From Kosmotogaceae bacterium (GTDB taxonomy: Bacteria > Thermotogota > Thermotogae > Petrotogales > Kosmotogaceae), in NCBI GenBank assembly GCA_036728705.1, contig DAIMTK010000010.1, positions 3,541 to 67,540 of the forward strand: DNA of 64,000 bases, written 5' to 3'. How positions within the stretch are numbered: position 1 is the first letter of the stretch; the number at the start of each line of letters is the position of its first letter. Below are positions 29,896 through 39,154 of the stretch, piece after piece. The notes below the pieces were generated by a model that searched no databases, had not been told where the DNA came from, and saw nothing but the letters and a program-made list of their open reading frames with translations. The translations under genes and the position numbers were made by a program.

Positions 29896-30176
29896 AACAT
29901 GCCCCCCTTTCTATCTGCTCAGATTAGCGTTGGCGAATATCCAGAACGTCCGCATTATCGACCGATAGGACTACTTGGTGAAAGAGCGAACCATCTGTAT
30001 TTCGAATACCCTTGAGATTATGCTATCACAATTTGCCTGACAAAAACTGAACACGCTCTCCAGAAAAAGGCTATAAACGTCAAAGAAGATTACTCTCCGA
30101 TACCTTCTACAAAGCCAAATTAGTTAAGGTACTTTGTAATAAATTTAGACTGCACTAAAGATTTTTAATGTTATAT

Positions 30177-30205
30177 TTGACTTTTCAAGATCAATATTGT
30201 ATAAT
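30177..30205 (+). promoter_or_regulatory. near-consensus sigma70 promoter of the DUF2089 operon
   Basis: TTGACT-N17-TATAAT, about 50 nt upstream of the ATG at 30257. Confidence 0.7.
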
Positions 30206-30256
30206 GATCATAGTTGATAACAATTATTGAATCGACTTTTGTTTTGGAGGTGGACC

Positions 30257-30631
30257 ATGAAGTTTTCTATAACCAACTGTCCCGTCTGTGGAGGGAAGAT
30301 GACTATCACAGAGTACAAGTGTGATAGTTGCGCAACGACTATAAAAGGGCGATTTGAACTCGATGATATTATGAAGCTTTCACCCGAACAACTAGAGTAT
30401 CTGAAGGTCTTCATAAAGAACCGTGGAAATCTCTCTGAGGTTCAGAAAGAATTGGATATCTCCTATCCGACAGCCAGAAACAGACTTGAGGATATTGTAA
30501 GAGGAATGGGGTATCAGGTGGTCGACAAGGACCGGGAAGAGGCTTCGAAGATTCTTGAGAAGCTTGAATCCGGAGAGCTGCAACCGGACGAAGCGCTTGA
30601 AATGCTTAGAAAAGTCCGAAAGAAGAAGTAG
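30257..30631 (+). CDS. DUF2089 domain protein (zinc-ribbon + HTH)
   Basis: CPVCGGKMTITEYKCDSCATTIKGRFE zinc ribbon, then LSPEQLEYLKVFIKNRGNLSEVQKELDISYPTARNRLEDIV. ATG at 30257 behind GGAGGTG. Confidence 0.8.
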   Translation: MKFSITNCPVCGGKMTITEYKCDSCATTIKGRFELDDIMKLSPEQLEYLKVFIKNRGNLSEVQKELDISYPTARNRLEDIVRGMGYQVVDKDREEASKILEKLESGELQPDEALEMLRKVRKKK

Positions 30632-30639
30632 GTGAGCTT

Positions 30640-31002
30640 ATGGAGAGGGTTGAAGTTCTCAAGGTACTGAAACTGGTAGCCGATGGTAAGATCTCGCCGG
30701 AACAGGGAACGGATCTTCTGGCCGAGTTTGTGGAAAGCGATATTGAGAAGAAGGCAACTGGAAGGTTCAACATTGAGATTCTGAACAAAGACACCGGCAA
30801 AGTCGAAGCCAATATTCGTCTTCCCGTGAAACTGGCGAACTTCGTCGGGAATATCCTCAGGGAGAAGGAAGCAAACTTCAAGATAGGTTCAGAGAGAATA
30901 GATGTAAACATAAAGGAGTTGCTGGACGAAGTCATCAGTACCGGAGAAGCAGTCGAAATAGAAGCCGATGAACGAAGAATAACAATAAGAATAGAAGAAT
31001 AG
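30640..31002 (+). CDS. SHOCT-like domain protein
   Basis: N-terminus VLKVLKLVADGKISPEQGTDLLAEF matches the SHOCT-like/LiaX-YvlB N-terminal helix pattern. Confidence 0.55.
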   Translation: MERVEVLKVLKLVADGKISPEQGTDLLAEFVESDIEKKATGRFNIEILNKDTGKVEANIRLPVKLANFVGNILREKEANFKIGSERIDVNIKELLDEVISTGEAVEIEADERRITIRIEE

Positions 31003-31006
31003 GGGG

Positions 31007-32197
31007 ATGGTCATGGAGAAGAAATTTGAATTTGATAGCGCTGGAATAGAACTGCTGAAGGTTAGCGCCGCCAGCGCCGATCTTCAGATCGAACCTGTAG
31101 AACAGGGCAATATAGTTGCATACGTTGATGTTAAGGGAGAAGACTACGTTCCTGAAGCGGAGAAATCTGGAAAAAAGCTGAGTATAAGATTTCAGAAGGG
31201 TACGAATATAGGAATTCCCTTTATAAAAAATCTCTTTGACAAACAGGCAGAGATTGACAATATTAGGCTTCAGGTACCCAAGAGTATTCTGGAAATGGAC
31301 ATAAATAACGCTTCAGGAGACATTTCACTTGAGGATTTTGATCTGGCAAATCTGAAAATCAACAACGTTAGCGGTGATGTGAAGATGCAGAACTGTGTCA
31401 CAAAAGATCTTCAGTTCAATACTGTAAGCGGTGATCTCTCTTTCGTGGCTTCGAACTACGCCAGAGGGAAATTCAACTCCGTGTCCGGAGATCTAATGAT
31501 AAAGGGTCTTCCTCCCATGAAAAGAGATACCGGTGTGTCTTCGGTTAGCGGAGATACTGTTATCTATTACTCAAAGGAACCGAGATTTGACGCGTCAATA
31601 TCTTCGGTAAGCGGGGACATGAATTCTGATTTCACTCTCGTAAAAGTCGACAAGAAACGTTACCGCTCTACAAAAGGCGACCCTCAGGAGTACATTAAGA
31701 TGAGCAGTGTTTCCGGCGATCTGATAATAAAAGCAAAGTACTCGGGTTCTGAAGCGAGAGAGGTTGCCGTAGAAGAGCCCGCCACGACCGAAAACCACAA
31801 AGTTCCCAAACCGTCTGTAGTCGAGGAGAACCTTCAGGATCACGAAACAATGAAGATAATCACTCTCTTCCACGAAGGAAAACTGACCGAAGACTATGCC
31901 CGGGAGATGCTGACTATACTCGGTTACACCGAAGCGGAGATAGAAGAGATGCTGAAAGTCGATGAAGAGCTGAGGAAGCTTAAAGAGACGGAGCTCGAAG
32001 AGCTAGATGAAGGAACTGACGAGATAGATAAGCCCGAAAAGCCGGAGAAGATAAAAGAAGTAAAAGAGGTAATAAGAGATATAAAGGAAGTTAAAGATAT
32101 AAAGGGTGTGAAGGATGCAAAAGAAGTAAAGGACATGAGAGAGGTTTCCGGCGATCCTGAAGAAACCACCCCAGAAGAGAAAGAAGGTGATAAGTAA
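31007..32197 (+). CDS. DUF4097 (putative adhesin, beta-helix) repeat protein with SHOCT segment and Lys/Glu-rich repeat tail
   Basis: Eight SGD[ILVMT] repeat motifs (ASGDISL, VSGDVKM, VSGDLSF, VSGDLMI, VSGDTVI, VSGDMNS, VSGDLII). Then HEGKLTEDYAREMLTILGYTEAEIEEML and a KEVK-type tail. Confidence 0.8.
   Translation: MVMEKKFEFDSAGIELLKVSAASADLQIEPVEQGNIVAYVDVKGEDYVPEAEKSGKKLSIRFQKGTNIGIPFIKNLFDKQAEIDNIRLQVPKSILEMDINNASGDISLEDFDLANLKINNVSGDVKMQNCVTKDLQFNTVSGDLSFVASNYARGKFNSVSGDLMIKGLPPMKRDTGVSSVSGDTVIYYSKEPRFDASISSVSGDMNSDFTLVKVDKKRYRSTKGDPQEYIKMSSVSGDLIIKAKYSGSEAREVAVEEPATTENHKVPKPSVVEENLQDHETMKIITLFHEGKLTEDYAREMLTILGYTEAEIEEMLKVDEELRKLKETELEELDEGTDEIDKPEKPEKIKEVKEVIRDIKEVKDIKGVKDAKEVKDMREVSGDPEETTPEEKEGDK
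32031..32145 (+). repeat. imperfect tandem coding repeat (Lys/Glu/Val-rich)
   Basis: It encodes PEKPEKIKEVKEVIRDIKEVKDIKGVKDAKEVKDMREV. The antisense ORFs produced here are low-complexity artefacts. Confidence 0.7.
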
Positions 32198-33165
32198 TGA
32201 GATTCGGAGCAATAGTTGCGATATTTATCGGATTACTGATAATACTTTCGGTGACACACGTGCTGCCAAGTTTCTTCTTTGCAGTTCAGATGTTTTTTGC
32301 CATAGTATTCCTTTACAACGGGCTGAAGGTATTCAGAAGGTTCAAAGCCGAGCATATGGGAAGTCTCATCTTCGGAGGAATTCTCGTATTCGACCTTCTG
32401 ATAGACGCGAACATAATTAAGGGATTCAGTGGCTGGAGTTTCTGGGCGCTAGTGGTCGCGATGATCGGATCTTACATTGTCGGCTGGGGAATAGTCACCC
32501 TCTTCAGGAGGAGCTTTTTTCGGGTTGGAAAGGACCCGGTCTCTTCTCGCCAGACGATAAACATTTCCAGGCCGGAAGAGTTCAAAGAAATGGAGATAGA
32601 GCTGGAAGCAAATCTGACAAAGGTTCTCCTGATGGACAATTCTGCGAACGGGTTGGACGCGAATATTAGCTATGACAAACTCAGCTTCAACGGAAACCTT
32701 CAGTACAATATGGATCGCTCAAAGGCCACTTTAAAGGCGAAATGTAAGGCCAGAGCCGGAGTTTCGAGCGTTCTTTCGAAATCCAGATTGAACATGGAAG
32801 TCAGTCCCAAGCCTCTTCTAAGGCTTGAAGCGATACTCGATGGAGCCGATACGGTGCTTGATTTCTCTAACCTGAGCCTTGACAGGGCAAGAATAAAGAC
32901 ATCTCTTTCGAGACTGTCCGTCATCCCCTCTACCCTTAAGGATTCCATTGTAGACATCGATTGCGAAGTCACTTCTCTGAATATCAGGGCTCCGAAAGAT
33001 GTCGGTATAATGATAGTCCACGAAGGCGAACTCAACTGGAGCAATTTCAACAATCTGATGGAAAGAGAAAAAGGGTATGTTTCCACCAATATCGACCGTG
33101 TCAAAACCACCTGCCAGATAAACATAAAATCCGATATGTCAAAGATCTCCATCGACTGGATCTGA
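32197..33165 (+). CDS. membrane protein with C-terminal toastrack/LiaF-like (DUF2154-type) domain
   Basis: Four N-terminal TM helices, then a repetitive beta-strand C-terminal half (LRLEAILDGADTVLDFSNL, VDIDCEVTSLNIRAP, INIKSDMSKISIDW). The start overlaps the upstream stop. Confidence 0.5.
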   Translation: MRFGAIVAIFIGLLIILSVTHVLPSFFFAVQMFFAIVFLYNGLKVFRRFKAEHMGSLIFGGILVFDLLIDANIIKGFSGWSFWALVVAMIGSYIVGWGIVTLFRRSFFRVGKDPVSSRQTINISRPEEFKEMEIELEANLTKVLLMDNSANGLDANISYDKLSFNGNLQYNMDRSKATLKAKCKARAGVSSVLSKSRLNMEVSPKPLLRLEAILDGADTVLDFSNLSLDRARIKTSLSRLSVIPSTLKDSIVDIDCEVTSLNIRAPKDVGIMIVHEGELNWSNFNNLMEREKGYVSTNIDRVKTTCQINIKSDMSKISIDWI

Positions 33166-33180
33166 AACGGATCGAAGACT

Positions 33181-33208
33181 GCCGGCCTTTTGGCCGGCGG
33201 TTTTTTTT
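33181..33208 (+). terminator. Rho-independent terminator
   Basis: GCCGGCC-TTTT-GGCCGGC followed by T8. Confidence 0.9.
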
Positions 33209-33357
33209 GGACCGCTTAAGGTGAGGTCCAATTAACAGAACTGACCGTCGAAAGAGTCTAATAATTGTTATATAATCAGGTTGCCGGAGTCCATTCTCCG
33301 GATTTGTCAGGTTAATCCAGCTAAACTTGATAAGAGTGTAGAATCTGGAGGAATCTT

Positions 33358-34674
33358 ATGGGAAACACCAGGCTTGATCCGAGAGTATTCAAAGTACCGA
33401 TAGACAAAATGAGATCGGGTTACTATTCCGACAAATACTTCACACGACTCGTGGAGGTTCTCAAGAGCGCAGGCGTAAGCAGACGCGTTCTATACCAGTT
33501 TTTTCCCAGAAGAGACGCCGTTATCGTAGGCATAGATGAGGCGCTCGCCATATTGCGTTTTGGTACTGGCTATTATTCTGACGAAACACGCGCCAGGGAG
33601 ATTTCTGAAGAAATAATAGAGCTCGAGAGGTCTATAAATCACGCGGCATGGGATATGGACAGAGAGTCTCTGATACAGCTTTCATCTCAGAAGTGGGATC
33701 TGAAGACGAGACTTGACGATTTGTGGGTCGATAAGTGGAACGAGCTCGAAATACATGCGCTTTACGACGGCGATGAAGCGGGTGAAATGGAACCGATAAT
33801 GACGGTAGATGGCGATCCCAGATACTTCGGCTATCTCGAGACGGTACTTCTGGGAGTAATAGCAAGAGCCTCCTCAACAGCCACAGCAGTGAAATCTGTG
33901 GTAAAGGCTGCCAGGGGAAAGGAGATCTTATTCTTCAGTGCTCGCTTCGATCACTACTGGACACAGGCCACGGATGGCTACGCCGCCTTGAAAGCTGGAG
34001 CTTTTGGCGTATCCACCGATGCCAATGCAGATTACTGGGGAGTAGAGAGCATGGGGACTATACCTCACGCATTGATCGCCGCATACAACGGTGATACCGG
34101 TGAAGCTGCCCTGGAATTCGATAAGTATGTCGACGCGCGTGTGAATAGAATCGTTCTGGTTGACTGGGACAACGACGTAATCGGCACGACCTATGATGTC
34201 ATCTCACGAACCTATACTATTGAAACAGGAAGAGAGTTTATCTTAGGCAGGACCGATCCATCACCCGTCATCGGAACGGGCAGGGGGCGTGTCTGGGGAG
34301 TTCGATTCGATACTTCCGGAAGTCTCAGAGATCGTTCCGTCAGTCCAAAAGACAGGTCTTCTCTGGGCGTATGCCCCGAACTCGTGTGGATAGCACGGAG
34401 AGATTTCGACAGCAATGGAATGAAAGATCTGAAGATAATAGTCTCCGGCGGTTTCAACGCCGAAAAGATAGACCTGTTCGAAAAGCTCGAAGTACCGGTC
34501 GATGTTTACGGAGTCGGGTCCTCCCTTTTGAAAGACAAACTGGACTTCACTGCCGATATTGTTGAGGTAGATGGAAAGGCCTGTGCAAAGGTTGGCAGAG
34601 GAAAGGGAGATCTTTCAAGGCTCTCGAGCGTTAAGAGTGATTACTGGAACAATAACAAAAAGGAGAGGTGTTGA
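33358..34674 (+). CDS. nicotinate phosphoribosyltransferase family protein
   Basis: N-terminus ...[11 protein letters not shown], plus MGTIPHALI and a VSGGF C-terminal barrel, typical of the archaeal/Thermotoga-type NAPRTase family. Confidence 0.7.
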   Translation: MGNTRLDPRVFKVPIDKMRSGYYSDKYFTRLVEVLKSAGVSRRVLYQFFPRRDAVIVGIDEALAILRFGTGYYSDETRAREISEEIIELERSINHAAWDMDRESLIQLSSQKWDLKTRLDDLWVDKWNELEIHALYDGDEAGEMEPIMTVDGDPRYFGYLETVLLGVIARASSTATAVKSVVKAARGKEILFFSARFDHYWTQATDGYAALKAGAFGVSTDANADYWGVESMGTIPHALIAAYNGDTGEAALEFDKYVDARVNRIVLVDWDNDVIGTTYDVISRTYTIETGREFILGRTDPSPVIGTGRGRVWGVRFDTSGSLRDRSVSPKDRSSLGVCPELVWIARRDFDSNGMKDLKIIVSGGFNAEKIDLFEKLEVPVDVYGVGSSLLKDKLDFTADIVEVDGKACAKVGRGKGDLSRLSSVKSDYWNNNKKERC

Positions 34675-34676
34675 AA

Positions 34677-35555
34677 ATGGAAGTCAAGGGAACCTGGGCA
34701 GTGAAAAAAGGGTTCGCCGAAATGTTCAAGAACGGCGTTATCATGGATGTAACAACCCCCGAGCAGGCTAGCATAGCTCAAGACGCTGGTGCCGTGGCGG
34801 TAATGGCCCTCGAGAGAGTACCCGCCGATATTCGTAAACAGGGCGGAGTGGCCAGAATGGCAAAGATCGGTCTAATAAAAGAGATAATGGAAGCAGTTTC
34901 CATACCGGTTATGGCTAAGGCACGAATCGGACATATAGCCGAGGCAAAGATTCTGGAAGCGGTGGGTGTCGACTTCATTGATGAGTCGGAGGTCCTTACT
35001 CCGGCCGACGACAGATATCACATAGACAAGAGAATATTCACTGTACCTTTTGTCTGTGGAGCGCGAAATCTGGGAGAAGCCGTCAGAAGAATAGCCGAAG
35101 GTGCCGCCATGATAAGGACTAAGGGCGAAGCGGGTACCGGAAACATCATAGAGGCTGTAAAACATATGAGAACCGTCAATGAAGAGATAAGAAAGACCCA
35201 ATTCATGAGCGATGCGGAACTTGTGCATTACGGCAAAGAGATAGGAGCCCCTGTGGAGATCCTGAGTCAGATTAGAGAACTCGGAAGACTCCCCGTAGTG
35301 AATTTTGCTGCAGGCGGCGTTGCAACTCCGGCTGATGCGGCTCTGATGATGATACTGGGTTGCGACGGAGTCTTCGTTGGTTCGGGCATATTCAAGTCCA
35401 AAGATCCCGCGAGAATGGCCAAAGCAATCGTTGAGGCAGTCCTCTACTACAACGATCCACAGAAACTGGTTGAGATTTCCGAAAACATCGGTGACGCCAT
35501 GGACGGTCTCGAGATCGACAGACTCGAAGTGAGAATGGAAGAGAGAGGCTGGTAG
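34677..35555 (+). CDS. pdxS: pyridoxal 5'-phosphate synthase lyase subunit PdxS
   Basis: [42 protein letters not shown] and [16 protein letters not shown]. Confidence 0.97.
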   Translation: MEVKGTWAVKKGFAEMFKNGVIMDVTTPEQASIAQDAGAVAVMALERVPADIRKQGGVARMAKIGLIKEIMEAVSIPVMAKARIGHIAEAKILEAVGVDFIDESEVLTPADDRYHIDKRIFTVPFVCGARNLGEAVRRIAEGAAMIRTKGEAGTGNIIEAVKHMRTVNEEIRKTQFMSDAELVHYGKEIGAPVEILSQIRELGRLPVVNFAAGGVATPADAALMMILGCDGVFVGSGIFKSKDPARMAKAIVEAVLYYNDPQKLVEISENIGDAMDGLEIDRLEVRMEERGW

Positions 35556-35558
35556 AAG

Positions 35559-36167
35559 TTGAGGATCGGAGTACTCGGAATTCAGGGAGATATTCAGGAA
35601 CACCTTCGGGCCATAAACAGAATAGGTCACGAACCGGTATGGGTTAAAGACGTCCCTACCCTTGAATCGGTCGATGCTCTGGCCATGCCCGGTGGAGAAT
35701 CGACGACCATGACGAAGCTTCTGAAGCGTTTCGGCATCTGGGATCCTCTTAGAGAGAGAATAGTTGATGGCCTTCCGGTCTTTGCGACTTGCGCGGGGAT
35801 GATCCTCCTGTCAGAGGGGGTTGAGAACTATCCTGCTCAGGATACTCTGCGAGTTCTCGACGTTACCATTGAGAGAAATGGTTACGGAAGACAGGCCAAT
35901 AGCTTTGAGGCAGATCTCTATATGAACTATCTTGGAGACGTACCCTTCAGGGCAATATTCATAAGAGCGCCTAAGATATCCTCTATCGGTGAAGGAGTGG
36001 AAGTACTGGCCAATTATAACGGAGTACCGGTGCTTGTAAGACATAAGAGCATCATGGCCGCTTCGTTCCATCCCGAGCTTACGAGTGATTTCAGACTTCA
36101 TATGTATTTCATAGAAGCGATTGCCCGACTAAATGAAGAAGCCAGAACGGAGAAGCAAGATGTGTAG
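35559..36167 (+). CDS. pdxT: pyridoxal 5'-phosphate synthase glutaminase subunit PdxT
   Basis: IGVLGIQGD..EH, PGGESTT, TCAGMILL and FHPELT. TTG start 3 nt after the pdxS stop. Confidence 0.95.
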   Translation: MRIGVLGIQGDIQEHLRAINRIGHEPVWVKDVPTLESVDALAMPGGESTTMTKLLKRFGIWDPLRERIVDGLPVFATCAGMILLSEGVENYPAQDTLRVLDVTIERNGYGRQANSFEADLYMNYLGDVPFRAIFIRAPKISSIGEGVEVLANYNGVPVLVRHKSIMAASFHPELTSDFRLHMYFIEAIARLNEEARTEKQDV

Positions 36168-36816
36168 AATGCTTGCTTTCAAAAGCAATAAGAACATAGA
36201 TGCAAGCTGGATTTTCGAGATACTCCGGAGAATGTCAAGAGATGGTATAAACAGCCCTCACGGTGACGGCTTCGGATTCGCCATTTCTGGAGAAGATCGC
36301 CTTTCATTTAGCTCCACTAGCGCTATCTGGGAATCGAAATACCCTATTGTTGAAAGTAGTTTGGGGATTGTTCACGCCAGAAAGGCCTCTCCCGGATACG
36401 TAGTGAACCCGAACCATGTACATCCGTTCTACGGACTTGTAAGAGGCGTAGACTATGCCTTCTGTCATAACGGAACGGTCTATGATTTCGCCAGCGTTCA
36501 GGGCACTATAGATACCCAGAGATATTGCGAACTCGTATTCAGTAATCTGCAGAGATACAGTCCCGGAGAGGCACTCGAGACAACCGCGAGGTTTGTGGCT
36601 TCAAGCTTCAATTACACTTCTATAAACGCTCTTTTGACAGACTACGAAAACATATGGGCTATCAGGATGAACTCTGAGGAAGCTGACACAGCCCACGGGC
36701 TCTTCCTCTACGAAACCGATGGACTGAGAATCGTTGCAAGCGAACCGGTTGAGGAGTTTTCGAATCTGCCAGGAAGCTCTGTAAATATGGGTAATGGAGA
36801 ATTGATCAAACTCTGA
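36160..36816 (+). CDS. class II (Ntn) glutamine amidotransferase family protein
   Basis: Met-Cys start (MCRMLAF) gives the N-terminal nucleophile Cys. Also VHARKAS and CHNGTV. 8-nt overlap with pdxT. Confidence 0.75.
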   Translation: MCRMLAFKSNKNIDASWIFEILRRMSRDGINSPHGDGFGFAISGEDRLSFSSTSAIWESKYPIVESSLGIVHARKASPGYVVNPNHVHPFYGLVRGVDYAFCHNGTVYDFASVQGTIDTQRYCELVFSNLQRYSPGEALETTARFVASSFNYTSINALLTDYENIWAIRMNSEEADTAHGLFLYETDGLRIVASEPVEEFSNLPGSSVNMGNGELIKL

Positions 36817-36843
36817 CAGCGATATCTGGACTGTAAATATAAA

Positions 36844-36890
36844 AGACGGCGCGATCACGCACAGTGTCTGTGTGGACGGCGCCGTTTATG
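36844..36890. terminator. candidate bidirectional terminator between convergent operons
   Basis: ACGGCGC / GCGCCGT 7-bp stem with a long loop, flanked by A4 and T3-4 runs. Confidence 0.35.
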
Positions 36891-36901
36891 ATTATCCGTT
36901 T

Positions 36902-37732
36902 CTAACCGCTTCTCTTGAGCACCCCTCTGCGTTTTGCCCATTTCTCCATCTTCCCGAAGAACATCAGTCCTGAGGGAAGCAACAGCGCTCCAAGGAGTAT
37001 TAGCGGCCAGATACTGCTCCACATTTCGGTCATCTTTCTGCCTTCGAGAACTGAAGCTCTCATACCTCTCAAAGCATAGGTCGCAGGCGAAAGCTTGCCC
37101 ACTTGTTGCATCCAGCCCGGTAGCACATCGACCTCATAGTATACCCCGGAGAACATCAGCAGAAGCGCCTGGAAGATATGAACGACCTGCACGCCCTTTT
37201 CAGGCGATATCAGAGGCAGTACGGCGGCAACTATTCCCAGTCCAACGAATGAGAAACTTGAGACGGCCAGAATACCGGCAGCAGACAGCAGATTGGCCTT
37301 CTGAAGATTCAGATCGAAGAATATCGAAACAACAAGAAGAATCATGCCGCTCCTGAGAATTCCGTAGAGAATGGCATATCCACATGTACTCAGCAAATGG
37401 GTTGCACGCCTAACCGGTGCCATAAAAGTGTATTCGATAGTCTCTTCCCAGCGTTCCCAGGCTACCGTTTCGGCTACTATCTCGAAGAGAATCGAGAGAT
37501 AGCCCCAGAGAATAGACCCGAGCAACATATACAGTATCAGATAACTCGTATCCAGCTTGGTACCGGAAAAGGCCTCAACACCCTTTCCTATGAATCCCAT
37601 AGTCACAGAGTTGGCCATCGTGTAAACAAAGAAGACCAACTCCCACTTCCAGTATCTCTTGGAAAAATTGAAGTTCCTTTCTATAAAGGCCCAAGAAGCC
37701 CTAAGCTCCTTTACCAATTGCTGTGAACTCAT
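36902..37732 (-). CDS. ABC-2 type transporter permease
   Basis: Six TM helices. ABC-2 family layout directly after the ATPase (4-nt overlap). Confidence 0.85.
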   Translation of the reverse strand: MSSQQLVKELRASWAFIERNFNFSKRYWKWELVFFVYTMANSVTMGFIGKGVEAFSGTKLDTSYLILYMLLGSILWGYLSILFEIVAETVAWERWEETIEYTFMAPVRRATHLLSTCGYAILYGILRSGMILLVVSIFFDLNLQKANLLSAAGILAVSSFSFVGLGIVAAVLPLISPEKGVQVVHIFQALLLMFSGVYYEVDVLPGWMQQVGKLSPATYALRGMRASVLEGRKMTEMWSSIWPLILLGALLLPSGLMFFGKMEKWAKRRGVLKRSG

Positions 37733-38523
37733 GCAGTTTCTACCTCCTGGTACTGTGCGTCTTCCATTGTCATTCCAGTGTATTCGAGGAAAACATCTTC
37801 AAAAGTCGGGTTTTCGACCTTTCCAGTAATCTGATTCTTAAGTTCGGCAGGTTTTCCGACTGCGACAATCATACCCAGATGGATTATGGCAACGTAATCG
37901 CACAGCTTTTCGGCCTCGTCCATATCGTGCGTGGTCAGCAACATGGTAGTGCTCATGTTTTTCTTCACATCTCGAATCAGAGACTGTACATCTCTCTTTG
38001 CTCTTGGATCGAGGCCAGTCGTGGGTTCGTCCAGAAGAAGCATCTTCGGTTCAGTCATGAAGGCCCTCACGATGGCGACTTTCTGTTGCATACCCCTTGA
38101 GAAATCCTCGAGCGGATCTTTCAGTCTCTTTCTTTCAAGCCCGAAACGGTCTGAGAGATAGTAGATCTTCTCAATTGCTTCCTTCTTGGATATCCCGTAA
38201 AGACCGGCCGAGAAAGAGAGGTTCTCGATTGCCGAAAGCTTCCTGAAGAAACTCGCCTCTACCGAGACTCTGTTGATAAGTTTCTGGACTGTCGAGGCCT
38301 CTCTATCGACATCGTGTCCGAATACCGAGACACTTCCTCGATCTGGAATTAGAAGCGTCGAAGCGATTCTTATGAAAGTCGACTTTCCAGAACCGTTAGG
38401 TCCGAGAAGACCGTAGATCTCTCCTTCTTTTATCCTGAGGCTGACACCCTTCAGGGCAGTGATTTCCTTCTTGCTTTTCTTGAAATACTTGACTACATTA
38501 TTGGCAAAGAGTGCGTCTGCCAT
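37729..38523 (-). CDS. ABC transporter ATP-binding protein (DrrA/ABC-2 exporter type)
   Basis: Walker A GPNGSGKST, signature FSRGMQQK, Walker B LLLDEPTTGLD. Confidence 0.95.
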   Translation of the reverse strand: MADALFANNVVKYFKKSKKEITALKGVSLRIKEGEIYGLLGPNGSGKSTFIRIASTLLIPDRGSVSVFGHDVDREASTVQKLINRVSVEASFFRKLSAIENLSFSAGLYGISKKEAIEKIYYLSDRFGLERKRLKDPLEDFSRGMQQKVAIVRAFMTEPKMLLLDEPTTGLDPRAKRDVQSLIRDVKKNMSTTMLLTTHDMDEAEKLCDYVAIIHLGMIVAVGKPAELKNQITGKVENPTFEDVFLEYTGMTMEDAQYQEVETA

Positions 38524-38535
38524 TTCACACCTCCG

Positions 38536-38640
38536 TCAAAGATAGTGAGGCCGGCTGAATCTTCTCTCGATCTCAATTCTCTGTTTTTCCAAACTTTCAT
38601 CTATAGAAATCTCTCTTGAACCCTTATAGATTTTTCTCAT
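38536..38640 (-). CDS. mini-ORF C (34 aa), translationally coupled to the ABC ATPase
   Basis: Hand translation: MRKIYKGSREISIDESLEKQRIEIERRFSRPHYL. SD AAGGAGGTAAGAG upstream. The stop lies 12 nt before the ATPase ATG. Confidence 0.35.
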   Translation of the reverse strand: MRKIYKGSREISIDESLEKQRIEIERRFSRPHYL

Positions 38641-38643
38641 CTC

Positions 38644-38808
38644 TTACCTCCTTGTACTGCTCCTTATTTCGGGAAGGTCCATGGCACTTTCCGGTTCATC
38701 AATAAAGGGTGGAAATACTACGCTACATCCACTTCGGCTGTTTCTTAGTTCACCAGTTACCGCAATCATCATTGTTTCACCCCCATCTTTCCAGATCCGG
38801 GAGGTCAT
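38644..38808 (-). CDS. mini-ORF B (54 aa; alternative 42-aa form from the ATG at 38772)
   Basis: MTSRIWKDGGETMMIAVTGELRNSRSGCSVVFPPFIDEPESAMDLPEIRSSTRR. The internal ATG has SD GGGGGTGA. The stop lies 3 nt before mini-ORF C. Confidence 0.3.
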   Translation of the reverse strand: MTSRIWKDGGETMMIAVTGELRNSRSGCSVVFPPFIDEPESAMDLPEIRSSTRR

Positions 38809-38821
38809 GGTCCCACTTCTT

Positions 38822-38923
38822 TCAAAGCCAGACGCAATAGGGTCCAAAGACCTCGTTTTCTTTTGGCTTTCTGAATTCTTTGCTTTTCTGCAATCTCTCG
38901 TTCTGCTGAATCTTTGCTGACAT
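38822..38923 (-). CDS. mini-ORF A (33 aa) with strong SD
   Basis: Hand translation: MSAKIQQNERLQKSKEFRKPKENEVFGPYCVWL. AGGAGGTG lies 5 nt upstream of the ATG. It is too short for the ORF track. Confidence 0.4.
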   Translation of the reverse strand: MSAKIQQNERLQKSKEFRKPKENEVFGPYCVWL

Positions 38924-38950
38924 AGCTGCACCTCCTGCAAAAGTACCGAC

Positions 38951-38984
38951 AAAAAAAAGACCGTGGCTCTCAGTAGCCACGGTC
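38951..38984 (-). terminator. Rho-independent terminator / attenuator inside the exporter leader
   Basis: On the minus strand: GACCGTGGCT-actgag-AGCCACGGTC (10 bp) followed by T8. Confidence 0.85.
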
Positions 38985-39003
38985 CCTCAAACATCGTCTA
39001 TAG

Positions 39004-39111
39004 TTATACTAACTTATACCTCACACGACGGATGAAGGCGTGGCGCAATACGGCATCACCGGATACCCTGTTAAGGGTCTCGATTGCCATGATCCGGAAT
39101 CTTCTTACCAT
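39004..39111 (-). CDS. leader ORF (35 aa) upstream of the attenuator
   Basis: MVRRFRIMAIETLNRVSGDAVLRHAFIRRVRYKLV. GGAGG lies 9 nt upstream. The stop lies 19 nt before the terminator stem. Confidence 0.3.
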   Translation of the reverse strand: MVRRFRIMAIETLNRVSGDAVLRHAFIRRVRYKLV

Positions 39112-39154
39112 CAAACTACGCCTCCTTCCATAGAGTTTTCTATTTCGCACGAAG

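Noticed and set aside
31924-32212. Ser/Phe/Leu-rich minus-strand ORFs (31924..32169 and 32003..32212).
   Set aside because: They are the antisense reading of the KEVK-type coding repeat in the DUF4097 gene and are a repeat artefact.
34872-35630. A 252-aa ORF antisense to pdxS. Similar long antisense or alternative-frame ORFs occur at 28603..29294, 52221..52919, 15938..16456, 17122..17610, 14413..14826 and 49941..50393.
   Set aside because: - They lie entirely inside well-supported conserved genes on the other strand or in another frame.
- They lack SDs and have skewed, low-complexity composition typical of shadow ORFs.
38644-38994. The 116-aa minus-strand ORF from the track, treated as a single gene.
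   Set aside because: - Its first 15 or so codons run through the intrinsic terminator hairpin and U-tract.
- It has no SD.
- The region resolves better into separate mini-ORFs, each with its own SD.
38990-39150. The leader RNA contains GAGACCCUUAACAGGGUAUCCGGUGAUGCCG, which loosely resembles the TPP riboswitch core (CUGAGA...ACCCUUUGAACCUGAUCCGG.UAAUGCCGG).
   Set aside because: - The CUGAGA box, the P3 stem and the closing GGG/CCC pairings are not present.
- The downstream genes are an ABC-2 exporter with no link to thiamine.
- The resemblance is too weak to call without a covariance-model score.
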